Assembly (NCBI GenBank): GCA_041500125.1 | Contig: JBGQLP010000003.1 | Span: 56,751-120,750, forward strand | DNA from: Gemmatimonadota bacterium | GTDB lineage: Bacteria; Gemmatimonadota; Gemmatimonadetes; Gemmatimonadales; GWC2-71-9 | DNA: 64,000 nucleotides | Direction: 5' to 3' | Shown: in pieces, positions 30,949-38,442 of the stretch | Layout: every line of letters starts with the position of its first letter | Position numbering within the stretch: the first letter of the stretch is position 1 | Program-made: the position numbers and the translations under genes | Notes under the pieces: model-generated | The model's database searches: none | Seen by the model: the letters and a program-made list of their open reading frames with translations, nothing else | Told to the model about the DNA's origin: nothing

Positions 30949-31326
30949 GTGGCCAAGATTCTCATCGTGGAAGACAGTCCGGACAACATGAAACTGTTCC
31001 GGACGCTCCTGACCCTCAAGGGTCACGAGGTGACCGGCCTGACCGGCGGCGAGGGACTTCTCGGCGCCATCGAGGGCGGAAACCCCGATCTGGTCCTGAT
31101 GGACATCCAGCTGCCGGGCAAGGACGGCTTCGCACTACTCCGGGAGATCCGGAGCTCGCCGTACGGAACGGTGCGGGTGGTTGCGCTGACTGCCCATGCC
31201 ATGACCGGCGATCGCGAGCGCGCACTCCAGGCAGGCTTCGACGGGTACATCACCAAACCGATCGACGTCCGCGGCTTTCCGGAACAGGTTCAACGGGCGT
31301 TGCAGGGCGAGCGGTTGGACGGGTAG
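30949..31326 (+). CDS. single-domain response regulator (CheY/DivK-like receiver)
   Basis: 125 aa with GTG start. Receiver residues: VED...DLVLMDIQLPGKDG, ALTAHA, ITKP. No output domain, and no histidine kinase anywhere in the window. Confidence 0.9.
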   Translation: MAKILIVEDSPDNMKLFRTLLTLKGHEVTGLTGGEGLLGAIEGGNPDLVLMDIQLPGKDGFALLREIRSSPYGTVRVVALTAHAMTGDRERALQAGFDGYITKPIDVRGFPEQVQRALQGERLDG

Positions 31327-31334
31327 CGAGCGAG

Positions 31335-33425
31335 TCACTCCCGCTCGTATCTCAACAGGATCAACGTGCGAGCCCCCAGGGTCACGATCCCTTCGGATAC
31401 CCGGCGGTGGGCGGAGTGGGAGGTATTAACCACCTCGGTCCAAATCCCTGGATGCCCGAGTCTCGGCAAGGTGAAGCTCTTGGAGCGCCCGCTCGAGTTC
31501 AGCAGCAGCAGCACATCCCCCGCCTGGGTACCATCGCTGTGAATGAGCATGCCCAGTACGTGGTTGGCTGGATCGGTCCACTCCGCGACCGTCATTTCCT
31601 TTCCATCGGGTCGAAGCCAGGTGAGATCCTTGAGCTGCTCCGGACCCTCCGGCTGACGGCGGAAGAAGCTGCTTCGCCGCAGTAGCGGAGTCGCCGCCCG
31701 GATGGCAAAGACCCGTCGGGTGAACTCGAGGAGATCCTGCTGCTCCCGCGTCAGCCGCCAGTCCACCCAGGTCAGCGGACCATCGTGGCAGTAGGCGTTG
31801 TTGTTGCCGGACTGAGTGCGCCCCAACTCGTCCCCGTGGGAGAGCATCGGTACTCCCTGGGAGAAGGCCAGCGTCGCGAGGAAGTTCCGCTTCGTCCGCT
31901 CTCGCACGTGGAGGACGCGGGGAGACTCGGCGGGGCCCTCGATACCCCAGTTCCGGCTCAGGTTGTAGTCGGTTCCGTCCCGGTTATCCTCCCCGTTCGC
32001 GAGGTTGTGCTTGGTCTCATAACTGACCAGATCCTGTAGCGTGAACCCGTCGTGACAGGTGACGAAGTTCACGCTGGCCTGAGGAGGGCGCCCGCCAGCT
32101 TCGTACAGGTCGCTGCTCCCGGAGAGCCGCGAGGCGACATTCCCCACCTGCCCCGAGTCGCCCCGCCAGAATTGCCGCACGGTGTTCCGATACTTGTCGT
32201 TCCACTCGCTCCATCCCAGGGGGAACCGTCCCGTCTGATAGCCGTCCGGGCCCAGGTCCCAAGGTTCGGCGATGAGCTTTGCCTGAGCCACGACCGGGTC
32301 GCGCCGAACCTCGTTCATGAACTCGCCCGCCATGTTTACCCCGCAGTCCTCCCGGGCCAGCACGGGCGCAATGTCGAAACGGAAGCCATCGACGTGCATC
32401 TCCGTGACCCAGTACCGGAGGCTGTCCATGACCAGCTGCCTCACCCGCGGATGCCGCAGATCCACCGTGTTTCCGCAGCCGGTGAAGTCGGCGTAGAACC
32501 GGGGTCCTTCCGGGTGAGGCCGATAGTACAGGGCGTTGTCGAGCCCGCGAAACGACAGGGTGGGCCCCAGCTGGTTCCCCTCGGCGGTGTGGTTGTAGAC
32601 CACATCCAGAATGACCTCCAGGCCGGCGGCGTGAAACCGCTGCACCATCGCCTTGAACTCCGTCACCTGTCGGCCGGCCGGTCCCGCGTGGCTGGCAAAG
32701 CGTGCATCCGGTGCGAAGAACCCGATGGAGCTGTAGCCCCAGTAGTTGGTCAGCCCCAACCCGGCAAGGCGCCGTTCGGAGACCATGTGGTGCACCGGCA
32801 GGAGCTCTACGGCGGTCACGCCGAGACTCTTCAGGTGATCGATGACGGGATCGCTGGCGAGGCCGAGGTAGGTGCCCCGGAGCTCCTCCGGCACCCCGGG
32901 GTGCAGCATAGTCATTCCCTTGACGTGGCACTCGTAAATCACGGTTTGATCCCACGGAGTGCGCAGGGGCCGGTCACCGTTCCAACTGAAAGCCGGATCG
33001 ATGACCAGAGCCTTAGCCATCGCCGCCGCGCTGTCCGCGGGATCGGCGATCAGGTCGCGCTCAGCCTGCGGCCTCTGAATCGGAGATCCCGAGAGCGCGT
33101 CGCTCCACCCGATCGTTCCGCTGACCGCCCGCGCATAGGGATCGAGAAGCAGCTTGGCCGGGTTGAAGCGGTGACCCTGCTCGGGCACGTAGGGTCCGTG
33201 TACTCGATAGCCGTAGGCCTGCCCCGGCCGAACATCCGGCACATGAGTGTGCCAGACCCCATCGGGGCGCCGGTGCAGCTCGATCCGCTCCGACTCAGTG
33301 GCATCGCCCGGGTGGGCATAGAGGCAGAGCTCCACCCGGGTGCCATGCTCCGAGTAGATGGCAAAACTGGCCCCCAGGCCGTCCCAGGTGGCGCCGAGGG
33401 GTGCCGGTGCGGAGTCTTTCTTCAG
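31335..33425 (-). CDS. glgX: glycogen debranching enzyme GlgX (GH13)
   Basis: Motifs APAPLGATWDG, DVVYNHT, GFRFDIA, AEPWD and VTCHDGFTL. The start is unresolved. No ATG/GTG/TTG lies near the conserved N-terminus. CTG at 33425 overlaps the upstream ORF stop (CTGA). The track start at 33677 adds 84 non-homologous aa. Confidence 0.88.
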   Translation of the reverse strand: MKKDSAPAPLGATWDGLGASFAIYSEHGTRVELCLYAHPGDATESERIELHRRPDGVWHTHVPDVRPGQAYGYRVHGPYVPEQGHRFNPAKLLLDPYARAVSGTIGWSDALSGSPIQRPQAERDLIADPADSAAAMAKALVIDPAFSWNGDRPLRTPWDQTVIYECHVKGMTMLHPGVPEELRGTYLGLASDPVIDHLKSLGVTAVELLPVHHMVSERRLAGLGLTNYWGYSSIGFFAPDARFASHAGPAGRQVTEFKAMVQRFHAAGLEVILDVVYNHTAEGNQLGPTLSFRGLDNALYYRPHPEGPRFYADFTGCGNTVDLRHPRVRQLVMDSLRYWVTEMHVDGFRFDIAPVLAREDCGVNMAGEFMNEVRRDPVVAQAKLIAEPWDLGPDGYQTGRFPLGWSEWNDKYRNTVRQFWRGDSGQVGNVASRLSGSSDLYEAGGRPPQASVNFVTCHDGFTLQDLVSYETKHNLANGEDNRDGTDYNLSRNWGIEGPAESPRVLHVRERTKRNFLATLAFSQGVPMLSHGDELGRTQSGNNNAYCHDGPLTWVDWRLTREQQDLLEFTRRVFAIRAATPLLRRSSFFRRQPEGPEQLKDLTWLRPDGKEMTVAEWTDPANHVLGMLIHSDGTQAGDVLLLLNSSGRSKSFTLPRLGHPGIWTEVVNTSHSAHRRVSEGIVTLGARTLILLRYERE

Positions 33426-33619
33426 CGCGCCTTCCTGACTCGCGAGAGCCCCCGGATTACCACCGCGAGCGTCACCAGGGTCCAGACCACGGTAAACGCT
33501 ACCTTGGCGGGATCCGAGACGGTTCGGAGATGGCCCAGGAAGTAAGCGGCCACGAAGACAGCATCCACCAGCAAGACCACGCCGGCCAGCAGCAACGCTT
33601 CGCGCGCCACCGGCTTCAT
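33422..33619 (-). CDS. small two-TM membrane protein (65 aa)
   Basis: Two hydrophobic helices (ALLLAGVVLLVDAVFVAAYFL and VAFTVVWTLVTLAVVI). ATGA overlap with the DinB-family stop. Its own stop overlaps the proposed glgX CTG. Confidence 0.5.
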   Translation of the reverse strand: MKPVAREALLLAGVVLLVDAVFVAAYFLGHLRTVSDPAKVAFTVVWTLVTLAVVIRGLSRVRKAR

Positions 33620-34149
33620 GTCCCTGCCCCCAGCGGACGGGCCGAGCCCAGCTCCGCCGGCCGCATGGCACCCACACCGCTCGCGTTGCCGGTGACGACT
33701 CGCCGGTGGTAGTCCAGCTGGCCGAGATGATAGGCGAAGTGAGTGGTTAAGTGGACGAGATAGTCACCGGTGGCGACGCGGACCCCGGCAATGGCCTCCG
33801 GATAGTCGGCCGCAAGCTGCGCCTCCGAGAGATGCGTCGCTAGGCCTGATCTGACGGCCGAACGGGCGGCGTCGATCTCGCGGAGCAGCTCCGCCCGAGG
33901 CACGTCGCGCCGAGCGAATTCCGCGGCCCGATCGCGAACGTATCCGCTTCCACCCAACCGGGCCCCCACGTAGTGCTGGAGATTTCCGGTGAGATGGAGC
34001 ACCAGGGTGCCGCCGGTGTTGATGATTCCGGGCACCCTCTGCCAGAGGGCCTGGTCATCGGGGTAGGCCTCGACCTCGCGCCGGAGAGCCCGCAAGTCGC
34101 GGTCGAGAATGGTGGCAATGGCGGCCGGCACCACACCGGACTGCGCCAC
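33616..34149 (-). CDS. DinB-family (DinB_2/DUF1572-like) four-helix-bundle protein
   Basis: 177 aa with His-triad-type spacing (LHLTGNLQHY ... HLTTHFAYHLGQL). GTG start overlaps the upstream stop by 1 nt. Confidence 0.8.
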   Translation of the reverse strand: MAQSGVVPAAIATILDRDLRALRREVEAYPDDQALWQRVPGIINTGGTLVLHLTGNLQHYVGARLGGSGYVRDRAAEFARRDVPRAELLREIDAARSAVRSGLATHLSEAQLAADYPEAIAGVRVATGDYLVHLTTHFAYHLGQLDYHRRVVTGNASGVGAMRPAELGSARPLGAGT

Positions 34150-34658
34150 TAGTGCGCTGCTCCGCTTTCCCCGACGCGATGATCCTGACGCTGGAAGGCG
34201 AGGAACTGATGGATCGCGTTGATTGCGGCTGGGTCGTCGGAATGAATCCGGAGCTGGGCGCCCCGGGGAAGGCTATCGGTCGTGTAAGAGATGTGAGATC
34301 GCCGCTCAGCCATGACGGCGGTGCCGGGCACCTCGCGGTCGTGCACGAAACCAGGCAGCGCGAAGTCTCCCCGCTGGAAGGCCTGACCAATCATGCGCAT
34401 ATGGCTTCGAATCTGGGCGGTGCCGGCGGAGTCGGTGCCGTCGCGCTGGAGCGTGATCCGCCCGCCATCGGGGAGCGGCTCGAAGCGATGCGAGGAAGTG
34501 TACTGGTCCACGCCCATGGCCATGTGTCCGCGAGATTGGACTAAGCCGAAGGCGCTGTCGGCGGAATCGCGGGCGGCGGAGCCGGCCAGAGAGGGTCGCC
34601 CTTGCCGGTCGCCGCAGGCCGTAAGAACGCTCAAGAGCAATAGAAGCGCGCGGGACAT
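34149..34658 (-). CDS. lipoprotein of unknown function
   Basis: ATG at 34658 gives MSRALLLLLSVLTAC (lipobox LTAC). The mature part is His-rich. The track N-terminal extension was rejected. Confidence 0.6.
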   Translation of the reverse strand: MSRALLLLLSVLTACGDRQGRPSLAGSAARDSADSAFGLVQSRGHMAMGVDQYTSSHRFEPLPDGGRITLQRDGTDSAGTAQIRSHMRMIGQAFQRGDFALPGFVHDREVPGTAVMAERRSHISYTTDSLPRGAQLRIHSDDPAAINAIHQFLAFQRQDHRVGESGAAH

Positions 34659-34671
34659 GGAGGCTCCGTCT

Positions 34672-35160
34672 TCAGTCCTGCAGGTCGATTTGTTCCAGCT
34701 CGCGGTCCGTGGCCCCTTCACGGAGCCGGCGAAAAATCGACTCCAGCAGCTCCACCCCTATGAGCAGGCCCACGGTCACGACGCTGAGGACCATGGCAGC
34801 GACGAGATGACCCAGACCGATCAGCGACCCCAGCGCCGCGAGCACCCAGATCACGGCCGCCGAGGTCACCCCAATGACGGCGCCTTCGCGCGCCAGGATC
34901 ACTCCGCCGCCCAGGAATCCGATGCCGGTCACCACCTGCCCCAGCACCCGGGTGGGATCGACCCGTTCTCCGCCAAAAGATGAGCCGAGGGAGACAAAGA
35001 GCTGGGTGCCGAGACAGATGAGAATGCTGGTGCGGATACCGGCGGCCTTCCCTCGAAGCTGCCGCTCCAGCCCAATGATCCCGCCGCATAGAATCGCGGT
35101 GCCCAGCCGGAGCCAGAAGACCTGGGTGTCGGGGTCGAGCGGGTCGAAGGAGGGAGTCAT
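34672..35160 (-). CDS. MgtC/SapB-family membrane protein
   Basis: Motif LRLGTAILCGGIIGLERQLRGKAAGIRTSILICLGT. I chose ATG at 35160 (MTPSFDPLD...). Confidence 0.85.
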   Translation of the reverse strand: MTPSFDPLDPDTQVFWLRLGTAILCGGIIGLERQLRGKAAGIRTSILICLGTQLFVSLGSSFGGERVDPTRVLGQVVTGIGFLGGGVILAREGAVIGVTSAAVIWVLAALGSLIGLGHLVAAMVLSVVTVGLLIGVELLESIFRRLREGATDRELEQIDLQD

Positions 35161-35173
35161 GGCTCCGTGGGGA

Positions 35174-35446
35174 TCACTTCCGGCGCTGGCGGGCGATGGG
35201 CAGGACGCTGGCGCCGAAGACCTGCTCGTCGACCCAGCGGAGCAGGGCGCCATCGAGCTCCATCAGCTCCTGACCCGGGGTGTGCGGCAGGACCGGACGG
35301 CGCTTGCCCTCGTTCATGAGATACCACATCGGAGGGATGGCCGGCTCGCCCCGGCGCTCGTTGGCCACCTGGGCGTCGTAGGATACGAAGTGAAACTCGC
35401 GGCCGCGGTGGTGCAGACGACGCTGTTCGACTTTATGGGTGCTCAC
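35174..35446 (-). CDS. hypothetical 90-aa protein, PPMWY paralog A
   Basis: GTG start. Collinear similarity to the ORF at 35550..35822 (L..RG, Q, PPMWY, G, P.TP, W). No family recognised. Confidence 0.55.
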   Translation of the reverse strand: MSTHKVEQRRLHHRGREFHFVSYDAQVANERRGEPAIPPMWYLMNEGKRRPVLPHTPGQELMELDGALLRWVDEQVFGASVLPIARQRRK

Positions 35447-35549
35447 GGAAGACTCGTTGGAGTGAACGGGCGCGCGAGATCCGGTGGCCCCGCGCGCGAG
35501 TGCTCGCCACCGGGCGCGGGTGAAAGCCGCGCGCGGGAAATCTAACCGC

Positions 35550-35822
35550 TCAGCCGCCTCCGAGTATGATCTGATCCCGATCGAGCATGTCGGGATGGTC
35601 CTTCAGCCAGGCGAGCACCCTGCCCCGCACCGACGCCTCGCTGTCCGATGGCGTCGCCGGAAACCGGGTGAGCGCGGTCCCTCCAATGGTGACGTACCAC
35701 ATGGGGGGCTCGTCCTGAGGCAGTGCCTGCCCTGAAAGCGTCTGGCTTCGATTCAAGGCGGCGGTGATTTGCTTACCCCGATAGTCCAGCGTCACCCGAT
35801 CCACGGTCTTCTTCATGTACAC
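35550..35822 (-). CDS. hypothetical 90-aa protein, PPMWY paralog B
   Basis: Starts at GTG 35822, or at ATG 35816 (MKKTVDRV). Paralog of the ORF at 35174..35446. Confidence 0.55.
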   Translation of the reverse strand: MYMKKTVDRVTLDYRGKQITAALNRSQTLSGQALPQDEPPMWYVTIGGTALTRFPATPSDSEASVRGRVLAWLKDHPDMLDRDQIILGGG

Positions 35823-35873
35823 CCCAGTCTGGGCCGGTGCTTTGGCTTCGGTTCGCCCGGCAATTTTCGAAGC

Positions 35874-36512
35874 TCAGGTGCTGTCGCTGGCTCGGAGCTC
35901 TTTGGGACCGGCGAAGGTGACCTCCACGGTATACCCATCCGCGTGGATGAGCGCTCCCAGCAGCCGGCGGGCGCTCTCCTCCGCGTGTGCGGTCACGGTT
36001 AGTTCGCCGGCGGCGCCAATGAGCTGGTCGCGCGCGAGCTGATAGATGGTGTCGCGATCTTCCGGCCGGAAGACATTCCACAGTCCATTGCGCTCGTCAT
36101 AGGTCTGGAGCTTGGTCACTTCCACGCCGAGCACCTTGGCTCGCGGAAGCACGATGGCAATCCGCCGGGCCTGGTGGTCGATGTTCACCTCGGTGCCTGC
36201 ATCGAGATCGAGACCGGCGAGCACCTTTCCGGTCACCACGACCAGCGATCGTTTGGTGGAGCCGAGGCGCCGATTCTGGTAGACCACCACGTCCCGGACC
36301 GTCGTCTCGCTGCTGACGAGCTTGGCCACCGCCTGCATCTGCTCGACCACCACTCCGTGGCTGACTGTCGTCTCGCCTCGGCCCGGGAAGAGGCCGCGGG
36401 CCCGAGGCGCGAGGTGGCGAATGGCAACACTGATGAGAAGGAGGGCCCCGGCCAGCAGCAGGAGGGCGACAACAACGGCGGTGACGGGCCGGCGAGGGCG
36501 CGAGTGAGCCAT
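35874..36512 (-). CDS. DUF4230-like membrane-anchored protein
   Basis: N-terminal TM helix (VVVALLLLAGALLLISVAI), then the pattern VLAGLDLD...IAIVLPRAKVLG that I associate with DUF4230. Confidence 0.65.
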   Translation of the reverse strand: MAHSRPRRPVTAVVVALLLLAGALLLISVAIRHLAPRARGLFPGRGETTVSHGVVVEQMQAVAKLVSSETTVRDVVVYQNRRLGSTKRSLVVVTGKVLAGLDLDAGTEVNIDHQARRIAIVLPRAKVLGVEVTKLQTYDERNGLWNVFRPEDRDTIYQLARDQLIGAAGELTVTAHAEESARRLLGALIHADGYTVEVTFAGPKELRASDST

Positions 36513-36520
36513 GGCGCCCT

Positions 36521-36697
36521 TCAGAACTCCCGGCGTTTCATTTCCTTGAAAAGGCGCTCGGTCTCGGGTTCCTCTTCAGCAGGGCGCTGGCGCAAGGTAG
36601 GATCGAACTGGGCTGCACGGTCGCGTTTCGGCCGCACTGCCTTTTCGGCGTTCTTCTTGGCTAGCGCCGCAATCCGGGCATCGTCACGTTTGGACAT
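36521..36697 (-). CDS. small charged protein (58 aa)
   Basis: ATG at 36697 is preceded by GGAGGA with a 3-nt spacer. Sequence begins MSKRDDARIAALAKKNAEKAVRPKRDRAAQ.... The longer track ORF (to 36838) overlaps the upstream gene. Confidence 0.6.
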   Translation of the reverse strand: MSKRDDARIAALAKKNAEKAVRPKRDRAAQFDPTLRQRPAEEEPETERLFKEMKRREF

Positions 36698-36714
36698 CAC
36701 TCCTCCAGTTGAGG

Positions 36715-37062
36715 TCAGTGCTGCTGGGCTCGCTCCACGCTGCGACTGAGGTCCAGCGCGGCCTCGCGTAAGCCGGTAAGCTCGGGATGTCGCCGGCCGA
36801 GCGCGCCGGTACCGAGATCGCCGCTCAAGCCGCGACACATCTCCGTAGCCCGGCGGATACGGAACCGCTCCTGAAAACCCTTGAAGTCGTCCGCACCGGC
36901 GGCGCTGAGAAGTCCCCAGAGCCGGAGCCGCATGTCATCCAGCGCACTCTTGAAGTCCTCCAGCCCTTCCACCGGCTCGTGGTTCCCAGCCAGTCGCGCT
37001 TCCACGTTCTGAAGCGTCGAGCTCAGAGTGGCGATGAGATCCGCAAAATTCGGCTCCGCCAT
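36715..37062 (-). CDS. hypothetical helical protein (115 aa)
   Basis: ATG at 37062 is preceded by GGAGGAGGG. No family recognised. Confidence 0.6.
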   Translation of the reverse strand: MAEPNFADLIATLSSTLQNVEARLAGNHEPVEGLEDFKSALDDMRLRLWGLLSAAGADDFKGFQERFRIRRATEMCRGLSGDLGTGALGRRHPELTGLREAALDLSRSVERAQQH

Positions 37063-37115
37063 CCCTCCTCCACACGTGCGAGAAAAAAATCCCTGCGGTT
37101 GGATACGGGCAAGGG

Positions 37116-37273
37116 TCAGCCGGGCACACCCTCGACCAGAACCATCTCGGTCTCAGCGCAGCTCTGCCGTAGCGGCCGCCACACAAGGCCACGGACGGTG
37201 AGGCCAGCTGCTTGTACCGATCGTAGGCTTCCCGGTCCCTCACAGTCACGTTCAACACCACGTACGCCGGCAA
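37116..37273 (-). pseudogene. remnant of a DUF1330-family gene (internal deletion/frameshift)
   Basis: A TTG start gives (M)PAYVVLNVTVRDREAYDRYKQLASPSVALCGGRY, which looks like a DUF1330 N-terminus. The family-like ending AETEMVLVEGVPG* lies in another frame (ORF 37116..37298). The middle ~50 residues are missing. Confidence 0.45.
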
Positions 37274-37363
37274 CGCGCTCCGGATGTAAATACCTCAACG
37301 ATGACTGAATGACAAGTATCTAACTATTGTTGCAGTAAACTGATACAGCAGCCCGTGAACAAA

Positions 37364-37666
37364 TCACTTTAGAGGATTACCGCTTGGCCGTCTTGTCGTG
37401 GTAGACCACGACCGCGCCGCTCGGTCTCGGATCCAGAGCCACAACCTGGTCCACCTCAGCGCCATGCTCTTCAGATTCCCGCGAAGGGTGTCGATCCTGG
37501 CCTGATTCTGCTGCCTGGATTCGGCATAGCTCTGCGCCATCTGCTCCCGCATCCTGCCGGGGACCTGGGCGGCGGCAATGGCATCCTGAACGCTCACCCC
37601 CTTGATGTCCGCCGGCTTCACGTCACGAAATCCCTGGAGGTCTTGATACTTGAGCGACGGAATCAA
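37364..37666 (-). CDS. hypothetical protein with probable frameshift near the C-terminus
   Basis: TTG at 37666 is preceded by GGAGG with a 5-nt spacer. The first ~68 codons look coding. After ~37460 the annotated frame becomes W/R-rich, while another frame reads GAEVDQVVALDPRPSGAVVVYHDKTAKR* and ends at 37376. Confidence 0.45.
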   Translation of the reverse strand: MIPSLKYQDLQGFRDVKPADIKGVSVQDAIAAAQVPGRMREQMAQSYAESRQQNQARIDTLRGNLKSMALRWTRLWLWIRDRAARSWSTTTRRPSGNPLK

Positions 37667-37681
37667 GATCGCCTCCAGAGT

Positions 37682-38131
37682 CTAGCCATAGAGTCCACGG
37701 GCCATTGCGGTGGCAGCGAAGACCATGAGCACGACGATCCCCGCCTGGATGAAGCTGATGCGGGCCAGGAGCGGCGCCAGCCGGGTGTCGGGCAGCTCTC
37801 CCCTGCCCACCCGAGTGCGCCAGCGGATGAGCGTGATCATCGGCCGGAGTTCCAGGGCGAGAATCAGCAGAAGAAGAGCCATCTTCGTCATGAAAGCGTG
37901 GCTGTGCAGGTAGTAATCGGTTGGCTTCTCGGTTCCCCCGAGGAGGCGCCAGAGACCGGTGCCGATCCAGAGCAGAGCGGCCAGTCCCCACACCGTGTCG
38001 GCGAGAAAGACTCGCCGAAGTCCAGCAGGGTCGAGCGGGCCCCTGAGCCCCCGGCCGCGCACCCAGACCGCGCCCAGCCCCAGGCCGAGCCCCAGAAGAT
38101 GAAGAGAGGCGAGCAACCACCGGAGCATCAT
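37682..38131 (-). CDS. four-TM membrane protein (DUF2214-like)
   Basis: 149 aa with 4 predicted helices. ATGA overlap with the upstream gene. DUF assignment is from memory. Confidence 0.6.
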   Translation of the reverse strand: MMLRWLLASLHLLGLGLGLGAVWVRGRGLRGPLDPAGLRRVFLADTVWGLAALLWIGTGLWRLLGGTEKPTDYYLHSHAFMTKMALLLLILALELRPMITLIRWRTRVGRGELPDTRLAPLLARISFIQAGIVVLMVFAATAMARGLYG

Positions 38132-38442
38132 GGACGGCGCTCGCGCACCTCGTAGTGAGCCGACCGATCGTCGAACCGCAACAGGAGCTTCCGGGCGGCC
38201 GGAGGAACCACCGCGCGCTCATAGTCCTCGCCGGCAAAGGCGCGCACGGCGTCGAGTGACTCGAACCACATGACGGTGATGAACTCGTCGGTGTCGCCCA
38301 GCTCCCGCCGGAGCAGATCGATGCCGAAATAGCCCTGAAGCTTCCGCGCGGAAATGCCGTGGAAGATTTCCTCCCGGAGGAGGGAGTCGTACGCATCGGC
38401 ATTCTCTGGCGTGGTCCAGCCGTGCCGAATCCGGCAGATCAA
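38128..38442 (-). CDS. antibiotic-biosynthesis-monooxygenase-like (ABM, ferredoxin-fold) protein
   Basis: The C-terminal 104 aa of the track ORF (ICRIRHGWTTPENADAYDSLLREEIF...ITVMWFESLDAVRAFAG) fit the family. TTG at 38442 forms a TTGA overlap with the upstream stop. Confidence 0.65.
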   Translation of the reverse strand: MICRIRHGWTTPENADAYDSLLREEIFHGISARKLQGYFGIDLLRRELGDTDEFITVMWFESLDAVRAFAGEDYERAVVPPAARKLLLRFDDRSAHYEVRERRP

